Below, one piece after another: positions 23,902-34,070 of a DNA stretch of 47,480 nucleotides. The stretch is from Saprolegnia diclina VS20 (lineage: Eukaryota), in assembly GCF_000281045.1 (NCBI RefSeq), contig NW_008246138.1, positions 222,734 through 270,213 on the forward strand, given 5' to 3'. The translations under genes were made by a program, and so were the position numbers. Within the stretch, counting starts at the first letter, position 1. Each line of letters starts with the position of its first letter. Under the pieces are notes generated by a model that did no database searches, was not told where the DNA came from, and saw nothing but the letters and a program-made list of their open reading frames with translations.

Positions 23902-25644
23902 TTAAGAAAACGAACTCGACATGTACGTGACGCCGCCCAGCACGAGCGACGAGACGCCGAGCGCCCGCAGCACCATCATGCGCCACACGGAGTCCTTGAC
24001 GCGCTGCGTGTCCTGACGCTCGACGTACTAGAGGAGTCGCGATGAGAGCATGCCAGCTTGGATGACGTACGTCGATGACGGCAGCAGCAGCAATCACAAG
24101 TTCTCCGCGGCGCGGCGTCGTCCACGGCACGTTGTGCTGCTGGAGGCTGGCTTCCAGCGCCGCGACGGCCTGCGGCTTCTGCACTAGCACGCGCACATTC
24201 TCCGTTGCCCCCTCGTCCAGGCCTATTTGCGTGAGGGTCAACAGCTGAAGTCGAGAGTACCGTGGAGGTGCTCGACGTGGAGCCAAAGGAGGGATGGCGC
24301 AATGGACGCTGGGAGATGGCGCAGGTCCAGCAGCATCCGGTCCTTGGCGCTGGCCTGCGTGTGCACTTCGGCGAGGCAGTTGGTGTAGTCGCGGCTGCCC
24401 ATGAGGCTCAAGAGCACGTGGGGCGGCACGACGGCGCTGAGCGCGCGAAACTCGTGGAGGCCGACGACGTAGCCGCGGCGCCACATCTCGTCAAACGCGA
24501 GGTGGAACTGGTCGTACTGCTTGGCCTTGTAGACCGCCACGAGCATGTCGGTGAGGACGGACGTGGGCACGCGCGCGCCAGGGCTGAGCTTGTGCAGCTT
24601 GAGGTAGCAGCCGTACGCGTCGTGCACGAGGCCGCTCGTCACGAGAGCTTGGAGGAGTGCCGCCGAGCACCCGTTCTCGACGATCGGCACGAGGTCGAGC
24701 GTGATCGAGACGCTGAGGGTCCGCGCCATCTTGCGCGAGAGGCGCGGTTGGACTAGCACCCGAAGAAGACAGTCCAGAATCTCGCTCGAGGGCGGCCCGC
24801 GGTACGCCTGGTGCACAAGCGGGATCGAACCGTGCAGGTTGAGGTAGTCGAGCGTCTCGATCGCCGCAACCAAGAGCGCCGGCGATGGCGCAATCACCTG
24901 CGGTTCAGTGAGGTCGCGCTGCGCGAGCGCATAGCTGATGGTGAGGCTCTCGGCGTACGCGTTGTTCTGCGCCTTGAGGAGGTGGAGGAGGCACGTCGCG
25001 TCCTTTGCGAGGAGCGACGCGAGCTTCATGGCCGAGACCGAGGACGGCAGCACGATCCAGTTGGGCGGGAGCACCTTGGCGTAGTGAAGCGTCCGAATGT
25101 ACGCCAAGAAGTTGGCGTGCATGACGCTGCTCGACGCCGACGCCATCTTGTCTTGCGCCGGCACGGCGCCGTGGCCCATGACGGTCGTCGCGCTCTTGAG
25201 AAGCTGCTGCTGCGTCGTGTGCGGCGTGCGCTGCCACGTCGACGGTGAAATGTGCGCGAGCTGCGCGAACGCATCGAGGTACTTGTACTCCTCGAAGAGG
25301 GCATAGACGTGCGAGAACTCGACGACGTCGCGCAGCGCCGCTGCCTTGGGCGTCGGGTCCTCTGTGTCGAGCTCCTGTAGCTGGCTCTGCACGCGCACGT
25401 CTTCGTCGCGGAGGCGGTCAAGACGACCTTGGAGAATGGCCACCTGCGCAGCCTTGGCCGTGTCATTGGCCGCCTGCGCCAACAACTCCTTCGAGAGCTC
25501 CGCTAGACGGGGCTCCTGGAGACGCACGGGCTGCGGAGTTGACTCTACGATCTGAACGGCGCGGTGGCTGGCGTCGCTCGCGCTCAAGGAGCCTGCGGCA
25601 ACGAGCGACTGCAGCTTCTCCAGCGCCCGGTACCGACGTTGCAT
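23902..25644 (-). CDS. Helical-repeat (PPR-like) protein with Smr-like segment and C-terminal TM
   Basis: ALVTSGLVHDAYGCY...VLTDMLVAVYKAKQYDQFHLAFDEMWRRGY (PPR-like); LLDLRHL (Smr LDLHG-like); two 3' introns; tail MMVLRALGVSSLVLGGVTYMSSSFS*. Confidence 0.6.
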
Positions 25645-25728
25645 CTTCGACCAATCCCAACTCCGCCATGTTTACGCCGACTAAATACTTTATTTTTGGT
25701 TGCTAATTGTGGCAACAAGAGGCGTTTC

Positions 25729-26829
25729 ATGGAGCTGGACGACGACGGACTCGTCGGATGCTTGGTCATCTCGGACGCAGGCCACGTCCTCGCCGAGCAC
25801 GCGCTTCGTCCGTCGGGCCTTCGCTCGGCGCCATTGGCCTCGCTCGTTGCCACGCTTCAGCAGTTCAACCACGGGTATACCTACGTAGCGCTGCAGGCTG
25901 CTCAGCGCTGTAGGTAGGCAGCCCATGGCCATGCTCATGCTGCAAGAGCAAGCGGTCGTCGTCGCGAGCTCCACTGTGGCTCCGATCCTCGCTGTTGTTG
26001 TGTGCGTGGCAGAGTCCGACGCAGGATTTGGGCGTCTGGTACACGACGCGTTTGAGGCAGCCACTGACCTTGGATGGCAGGTGGGCGCGTGCGTGCTGGA
26101 CGCCTGCACTCGGTACTTTGGCCACGCTGCGCTCGATGGTCTCGTCGCAAGTCTCAAAAAGGAAACGGAGGCACAGGCGACGACCTACACCCTCTCGTCG
26201 GCGCTCGAGGGGCAAGCACCTGCGAATCATACCGCGTTCGGCGCTTTCGAAGCAACTGTTCTCGGTCCTTTCCTGGGCACTGCTATCGATTTGAAGCGGT
26301 CCTTGCAGCGACACCCTCGCGCCTTCTTCCTCAATAGCAATTTGAGCGAAGTCCTGCCGCCCACCCCACTCGCTTCGGCGCTCCTCCACGGAATCCTCTG
26401 CGTCGCCCGGGATGCTGTCGTCGCCGCCACCGGGTTTTGGACTGCCCGACCGATCGGTACGGCTCGCATGGCGCTATCATGAAGTACTATTGCTGTTGCG
26501 CAGGGTCGCGCCACACGACCTACGTCGGGCTCGCGTCCTTTGGGGTGCGCATTGACGGCCCAGATGTGTACTCTACGCTATAATAGATCCCAGGCTACTG
26601 TGCTGCAGTCATCTACGAAGGACCGGACGAGTGGTTCGATGCGCTGCTGCCTCCTACAACGACGACAGTTCACGTCCCTCATGCCAGCCCGTGGAGTGTG
26701 GCCCAAGGACTTCATGCCGCTAGTGCCCGCTTCACGCTCGAGGAGCTTTGCGCGAGCTTCGCCCATCACGAAGCGTCACTTGTGCCCGAGTCTCCGCGAC
26801 AGCCAGAGCCCGTAAGACAGAAAGACTAG
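25729..26829 (+). CDS. Hypothetical protein, possible N-terminal longin/roadblock-like fold
   Basis: MELDDDGLVGCLVISDAGHVLAEHAL; three introns join ORF 25925..26482 to a final exon ending VRQKD*. Confidence 0.6.
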
Positions 26830-26834
26830 CATCC

Positions 26835-27492
26835 TTACTTGGGCTTATGCAACTTGGCCTCCCGCGCTTGCTGAACCATGCGCCGCGCCCGCTCGTTCAC
26901 TCGGTCGATTTCGATCTGCGCCTCGGAGGCCTCGTGCTCCAGCGCAGACTGCAGGCGCGCGAGCTTCTGCCTCCGGTACGCGTCGTCCAGCGGTATCGCT
27001 TCGGCGCGCGGTCGCAGTGTCGTGGGCGAAGATGTTGTGACCACATTGCCGTCGGCGTCGACCTCGATGGGAATCTGAAACAAATGCTACGAGACCAAGA
27101 TCTTATTCTGGGCGAAACCCTGACTGGTGTCGTACCCGAAGCATCTTGCAGCGGGGCGGCGGCCGCAAGCATGCGCCGGTGGCTAGGATGTAGGACGACA
27201 TACAGATAAGAAGCAGAATAGTTGACGTACTCGGGTCGAAGAGCGCGCCATGAACCTTGCACTGGATGACGCCATGCGCGAGGAACTCGGCGTCGTTCCA
27301 GTCCATCTCGAGCGCTACGTGGCTGCACTGGTTGACGAAAGCCACCGGGCGGGCTTCGTCCAAGAGCACAAAGGCGTCGACCTGCCCGCCCCACTTGAAC
27401 TTGAGCGCGTGCGTCGGCGGAAGCGCCTGCAGCGCCACCACCGACGCAATCACCTCTTGCCCGACGGCGTGGCACCAGCGACGGCCGATCAT
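26835..27492 (-). CDS. Rieske [2Fe-2S] ferredoxin-domain protein with C-terminal coiled coil
   Basis: AFVNQCSHVALEM (CxH) and IQCKVHGALFDPSTGAC (CxxH); two introns; joins ORF 26835..27083. Confidence 0.88.
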
Positions 27493-27574
27493 GGTTTCGG
27501 TTGCGCAATCGCCAAATGACCATGTTATAACTGTTAGATGAGTGTTATCGCCACGGAGGGTGCCACGTCATGGG

Positions 27575-29392
27575 CTACATATGGTCGCGTTTGGTAAAAG
27601 GGCCGCCGCCGACGCCAGCATCCAAGCACACTTGGTTCGACTGCGCGGCCGTGAGGAGCGTGCTGGGCACTGCCGCTTGCGGGGCTTTGGCGGCGGTCGA
27701 CGACGCCTCAAACCGCCCTTCGTACGCCCAGAGCCCCATCGCGGGGTTGGAGATGTAGTAGAAGCGGCGGCCATTGGCCTCGTGCCACCCGTCGCGCTGC
27801 GCCGAGGGGTTGACGATGTTGTACTTCTCAAGCATGGCTTGGAGCGGCGCGTACTCAAAGCCAACGCCCTCGACCTCGTCCTGCGTGAGGCCGTTCGGCG
27901 CGCAGGCGTACACGATGCGGAACCGGTTCTCGGACGAGCCGTGGATGAGGTGCGCGGCAGCGCTGAGGTTCTTCATGAGGTCGCGGTTGGCGTGGATGTG
28001 CGCAAGGACCTCCTACAATATCAACGAGAGATATTGGACATCGGTTGTCCAGTATATTAAGCGTGTACCGGCGTCGTGCGGTAGCCGTACTTTCGGATGA
28101 GCACGTCGATCTGCTTGTCTTCGCCAAAGTGCGTGACGCCGGGCGCGAGCACGACCAGCGTCCCGTGGTCCGCAATCGCCATGCGCGTGCGGTAGATGCT
28201 CTTGTTGCCAAGCCACGTCGTCTTGAACTCGTCCGGGTCCAGGTACACAACCACCTAGAGTTGTTGAGCTATACCATCAGGCTCGCATTCGTACGTCGTC
28301 CAAGGGCGACGGCAACAGCGTAAAGTTGACTTGGAGCGAGAGCGCCGCCGCGCGCGTAAAGCACTCGTCGTCGTCGCCGATGAAGACGCCGCGCGTGACG
28401 ACCGATCCGTCATCGCTAGCACATTCGTTAGGAGCGAATCACGTCGTTCTGACGCACCGCCGCCCGATGACCGTCTGCACGTAGAGCAGCGGCAGGTCGC
28501 GCAGAAAGTGCTCAGACGCGTAGTTGAGGATGCGTCGAAGCGGGTTGTTGGCGCGGCCTACGCTCGTGCATGCGACAGCGAAGCGCCAAAGGAGTCGCAC
28601 CCATCATTCGCTCCATGCCGTAGACGGCGCCGATGAAGTGCGAGAAATTGATCGCGTCGCTGCCCCCTGCGTACGGCTGATGCCAATGCGATGAAGAGAG
28701 CGATTCGCACCTGTGCCCACGAAGAGGTTCTTGTTGTAGTTGGCCATGCCCATGACCTCGTGCGGCACCACTTGTCCGATCGAGAGCACGAGGTCGTGCT
28801 GTCCCTCCCAAATCTGCGCAAGCTTAAGCTTAAGAAGCATGGGACTGCGTACGAGCTTGTTGAGCTGCGCCGGCCATGGCTCGTTCACTTGGCCGTCGCT
28901 GGCCTCTTGCACAAGCTCCTTCGGCACCTCGCCGATCGTGACCACGTCGTTCCTAGCTGAAACATGGTACCAACACCTTGAAGTTTCGCGCTCACCGCCA
29001 ATCGTGCACGCGAAAGAGGTCATGCGGCACGTTGCCAAACATCTAGGCGACCGATGATGCTGGACTTTCGCCTGATGTTGTGCTACCTTGGTGATCTCCT
29101 CGGGCGTCATGGGCGCGTGCGTCCCGAGGGCGGGCATGATGTCGGTCACGTGCTCGCCAAAGTAGGCGTAGGCGTGCTGCGTCACGATGCCCGACTTGCT
29201 ACGCAGCCATGAGCTCACGAGGGTTCCGTGGTTCATAGCGTACGAGTGGAAGCGGGTAAAGTCGGGGGGCACGAGCATGACCTTGCGCTTTGCCTTGCCG
29301 TGGAGCTTGTCCAGCGCGGTGTAGAGCGCTTGCTTGAGCCCATCGTCCGAGATCTCGGTCGTCGGCGAGCCTTCGCTGTAGTAAAGGACCAT
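27575..29392 (-). CDS. LarA-superfamily (DUF2088) nickel-pincer-dependent racemase/epimerase
   Basis: MVLYYSEGS...VPPDFTRFHS, PALGTHAPM, GQVVPHEVMGMANYNKNL, INFSHFIG, WLGNKSIYRTRMAIAD, AAAHLIHGSS, NPAMGLW; many short introns. The stop may be at 27545 if a last intron is used. Confidence 0.85.
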
Positions 29393-29971
29393 GCTGGTCC
29401 ACCGAAGAAAAGACAGTGTGAAGAAGATCGCAAGCATCTGCAACTCGTGTTCATTGGCCAAAAGCCTGGTTTTATATCGCGTTTCATTGGCTAATGAAGA
29501 ATGTTGCTGATTGGCTATATTCCAGCGATTATGCAAGATGGCCGAACCGCTGCGTCGACCTCGGTTGGAGTTGGTGGTGCGCTCGCTGCACTGGCAGGCT
29601 AGCACTGGTAGGCTTATCGAACGAGCTATTACATAAGCTACTGCTACTCTTATTGCTCCTCTGGCAGCGCATGCTTGATGTACATACTGCCTGGCACTGC
29701 AGAGGTCGAGGTGCAATCATCGAAAATGCAAAAAAAACGGTACCGCCACTGGAATTATTTGCGTCCGACACGTAATTAGCCAAAACGGTATATAGACTGC
29801 GTAGTAGACTGCGTGTGTGCAGGATGTTGACTGCATCGCCTGCCATCCTTTGGAAGTTGCCTTCAATGGTTGCTGTTTCACCTGGATTCTTGACGTCCGG
29901 ATACGGATTTATCCGGCGATTAGTTGACTCCCCAGGTTGCCAGAAGCGTTCAATTGTCGCCCGACGCAAGC

Positions 29972-31722
29972 ATGCTCACGAAGCTCACCCGCCGTCCAAA
30001 CCTCCGGTCGCTGGCCACGCGCCATGCGACGACGACGTCGCTGCAGCTCAAGGAGTACGACCTCGTCGTCATTGGCAGCGGGCCGTCCGCGGTCCAGTGC
30101 GCCATCGAGTCGGTCAAGAAGGGCAAGACCGTCGCCGTCATCGACAAGAAGGCTGGCATTGGCGGCGTCTGCGTGCACACGGGCACGATTCCGTCCAAGA
30201 CCTTTCGCGAGTCCGTGCTCCATCTCTCGGGCTTCCGCCACCAAGGGTGCGCAGCGCCAGCCTCGCTCTAGCTCATTCGCATGGCGCGTAGGTTCTACGG
30301 CAAGTCGTATGCGCGCGACAACATTACGCTCAACGACATTCTCGGGCGCGTGAACACGGTCGTCTCGAAGGAAATGGACGTGATTCAGGCGCAGCTCAAG
30401 GCCGCGCGCGTCGACCTCGTGCCCGGCCTCGCGCGCTTTGAGAATGAAAACGAAGTGTCGGTCGAAGGCGACGATGGCCAGCCGTATATACCCGTGCTGC
30501 CCGCATTCGCATTCTCATATAGACTTGTAGGACGCGCCTCCGCGGCAAGAAGTTTCTCGTCGCGTGCGGGACGCGGCCGGCGCACAGCCCGCTCGTGCCC
30601 TGCGACGGCAAGGTCATCCTCGACAGCGACCAGATCCTCAACCACGGCACGACCAAGCTGCCCAAGTCCTGGATCGTCGTCGGCGCCGGCGTCATTGGCA
30701 TGGAGTACGCATCGATGCTCAACGTGCTGCCGGGCATCAACGTCACGGTCGTCGACGGCCGCGCCGAGATCCTGAGCTTTTGCGACGACGAGATTGTGAG
30801 CTCGCTCAAGATGGAGATGCGGCACAAGGGCGCGCGCTTCCTCCTCGGCGAGTCCATCAAAAGCGTCGAGCACTTCAAGAACGGCGTCAAGGTCGAGTTC
30901 AACAGCGGCAAGGCTATGTTTGCCGAGGCGCTGCTCTACTGCGTTGGCCGCCAGGTACTCGTCCTCCTTGATTTCATACCGTAACATCTTCGTAGGCCAA
31001 CACGGACGGCCTCAACCTCGAAGCGGTCGGGCTCTCGAAGAACCACCGCGGCCTCATTACGGTCAACGAACAGTACCAGACGTCGCACCCGCACATGTAC
31101 GTTCGATACCTGTGTCCAACAGCGACTTAGACCGCTCTAGCTACGCCGCGGGCGACTGCATTGGCGCGCCGTCGCTGGCGTCAACGAGCATGGAGCAGGG
31201 CCGGCTCGCGGCGTGCGACATGTGGAGCGACAAGGACCAGACGACGTCGCAGCTCGAGTCGGGCAACTACCCGTACGGCATTTACACGATCCCGGAGATC
31301 TCGATGGTCGGCAAGACGGAGCAGCAGCTCACAAAGGAAGGCGCCAACTACGCCGTGGGTCTCGCCAAGTTTTCCGAGCTCGCCAAGGGCCAAATGAGCG
31401 GCGACATTGAAGGCATCCTCAAGCTTCTCTTCGATCCCGTCTCGCTCCAGCTCCTCGGCGTCCACGCGATTGGGCACGGCGCCACCGAGATCATCCACAT
31501 TGGCCAAGGTACGCAAGCGCATGTATTGTCTCGGAGGCTTCAGTCTACTAGTGGCCATGGCCATGAACTGCAAGCTCACGTACTTCCGCGACGCCGTCTT
31601 CAACTACCCGACGCTCGCCGAGGTACGACGCCGAGTTGCTGCCTCTTTGAAACACTTGCGACTAGGGCTACCGCGTCGCCGCGCTGAATGGTCTCGGGCG
31701 CCTGACGAAAGAACAAAATTAA
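29972..31722 (+). CDS. sthA: Soluble pyridine nucleotide transhydrogenase (SthA/UdhA type) with N-terminal presequence
   Basis: YDLVVIGSGP, GGVCVHTGTIPSKTFRE (CxxxxT instead of CxxxxC), VVGAGVIGMEYAS, GIYTIPEISMVG, ATEIIHIGQ, FNYPTLAEGYRVAALNG; six introns. Confidence 0.9.
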
Positions 31723-31858
31723 CTAGCCAATACACCCCTCTGGACGCGCTCTTTCGACTTTGGCGAGGTGCTTGCGGCAAAGCGCAACGGGCAAACAAAG
31801 CAGTGAAAAGACCAAGTGTTATGTTAACATGCACAGCTGCGCTCGCTTCTAGCTCGAC

Positions 31859-33352
31859 CTAACGTCTCAACGCGGCGCCCAAAGCGACGCCCGCAACGCC
31901 CGCCGCCGCCATCAAGGCATAGCTGATCGAGATCGGGGCAGCGCTAGGATCCAAGACACTGTGAGTACTGCTTTGGTGGACGTAGGCGCTGGGCTGCGCT
32001 CGCTGCGCGTCCAGGATCGTCTTACCAAGGAGCTACCACAGAAGTTCATGAGTCATTGGATCCTCGAGAGCATGCGACGTACTTGGTAGGCGTAGTAGTG
32101 CGCGCCGCGCTCGCCCAAGTCTTCGGTCAGCACCAAGTAGATGGGCAAGACCTTGAGGGCGGGGCTGACGCGACCCTTGTCAAAGAGCGCGTCCAAGAAG
32201 AGGCTCGACTTGGTAAAGTAGTCGAGGTTCTTGGGCGCGAGACCACCCGTGATGTAAAAGCCGCCGCGCGGGAGGTACTTGAGCGCAGCGTTGCCGGCTT
32301 CGCGACCGTAGGCACTAGACATGATGGTGAGCCCACGACTTTGTGGCTAAGAAGGAGCGTACCGGACAAAGATGTCCATGGCCTGGTTGCAGAGGTCGTC
32401 CGTGGGCGCGTTCTTGCCGACGACAGCGCCCTGGAGCGTATCGGCCTCGAGGAACTCGGCGTGGAGCGTCTGGTTGACCTTCTCCGGGAACTTGTCGGCC
32501 AAGAAGGCGTAGATGGTGGCGAGACCCGGGCCCGAGACGATGCGCTCGACCGAGAGGCGCTTGTTGGGGCCAAACTTGTTGCGGAGGTGGTTGTACAGCT
32601 CGATTTCAATGTCCGTGACGGGCGCAAAGTCGCTGTGGCCGCCTTCGCACGCGTAGCACTCGTACGTGCCTTCGCCGGACGGCGTCAAGAAGCACTGGCC
32701 CAAGCCCGTGCCGGCACCGACCGTGGCGATCGGCGCGTGCTTGTCGGGCACCGCGTCATTCAGCGTGATGTACTCGTGCGGGCGGAGCGTCAAGAGGCCG
32801 TAGCCCATGGCGGCAAAGTCGTTGATGAGCTTCACGTGCGGGATGCCGAGCTCGCGCTCGAGCACTTCGCCCTTGATAGACCAGCCAAACGCAATGTTGG
32901 TAAAGCTATGCGCCAACACGATGAGCATAAACGATGCGCATGGGACACACGTACACGACAGAGTTGTCCAAGATCGGGCCGGCGCAAGCAAGCACGCAGC
33001 AGGCCGGCGGCTCGTCGACGCCGGCTTCGTTGAGGAAGAGGAGCGCGACTTCGACGAAGCTCGCGTGTTCTTGGTTGAGGTACTTCTTGTTGAAGATGAC
33101 CTCGCCGGGGGCGATCTTGCCGACGACTATGGAATGATGCATGTTAGGCGACGACGCCTGCGGAGCCGAGCTGTACCCGAGGCGTGGGTCTGCGAGCGGG
33201 GCACGCGCCAGAGCGAGAGGCGGGTGTTGGTACCGCCGCAGTCGCCAGAGACGATGAGGTCGTAGCTAGTAGAAGCGTCAGATGAGTCGTATCGCGATCT
33301 TAGTCTGCACGTACTCCTTGTCGGCGAGCAGTTCTTCGCGGGTGCTGGGCAT
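31859..33352 (-). CDS. glk: Bacterial-type glucokinase (Glk family) with C-terminal hydrophobic tail
   Basis: SGDCGGTNTRL, ACAGP, LINDFAAMGYG, GAGTGLG, EGGHSDFAP, SVERIVSGPGL, GGFYITGGLAPK, LGERGA; last exon ends YALMAAAGVAGVALGAALRR*. Confidence 0.92.
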
Positions 33353-33372
33353 GGCGATGGAGGGTGGATGGG

Positions 33373-33390
33373 GCAAAATGCAAAGTGAGG
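33373..33390 (-). promoter_or_regulatory. INR+FPR core promoter of glucokinase
   Basis: Minus-strand CCTCACTTTGCATTTTGC about 20-38 nt before the ATG; CCAAT box (GATTGG) at about 33426. Confidence 0.7.
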
Positions 33391-34070
33391 CCAATATTCT
33401 TCGAGGGGCTCCGTCGCGCCTCCTGATTGGTTGAAAAGGAAGATTGCAGGGGAATAAAAATGGGCTCGCACAATACAAACTTCAAGGTGCGACACGTGGC
33501 AAATAAAAATACGCTTCAACCTCAACAAGCGCCTCGTGTGTGCAATGGGTGCGTGTGAAAATCACGTGAAAATCCAGCGAAATCAAGCAGCCGACGCTGG
33601 CGACCGTCGAGCGGAACAAAGGCGTCCGACTCATCTTCTTCTTGTGCTCCGAGTCATTCGGAAAGGGTTACACAACCCCCGCCAGTGCACGCGACCGGCG
33701 CGCCCCGTGAAAGTTGACGTCCCACTCGTGGCTGGGCGCGCGGCTGCGAGGGAGACTTCCTCCTTTGTCTGGTCCTTTTTCAGAGGGTATACCCATCGCC
33801 AACGAACCAGTGGATGGAGCTGCAAGTTGTGCAAAGGGGAGGGCGACCAAGTTGCACCCGCTTGACACCCACAGTCGCCAGGCTTCAACGTCGACCGCGC
33901 TCTGTTTGCGAAGACTGGCCATCTGCGCCGGCCAAGAAATCCATGCCGGCAGATGGCCACCCACAAATTCAGCACCACGGACGCAACAGACGACGCAGAG
34001 CCAAGGGACCGAGCATAAAAACAAGCAAGTCGCGTCGATTGGGCTGTTTAAATACGCAGCGGCGACGCGC

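Noticed and set aside
26835..33352. Bacterial contamination as the source of the larA-like, sthA and glk genes
   Set aside because: All carry multiple host-type short spliceosomal introns, host-like codon usage and oomycete promoter motifs, and are contiguous with eukaryotic genes.
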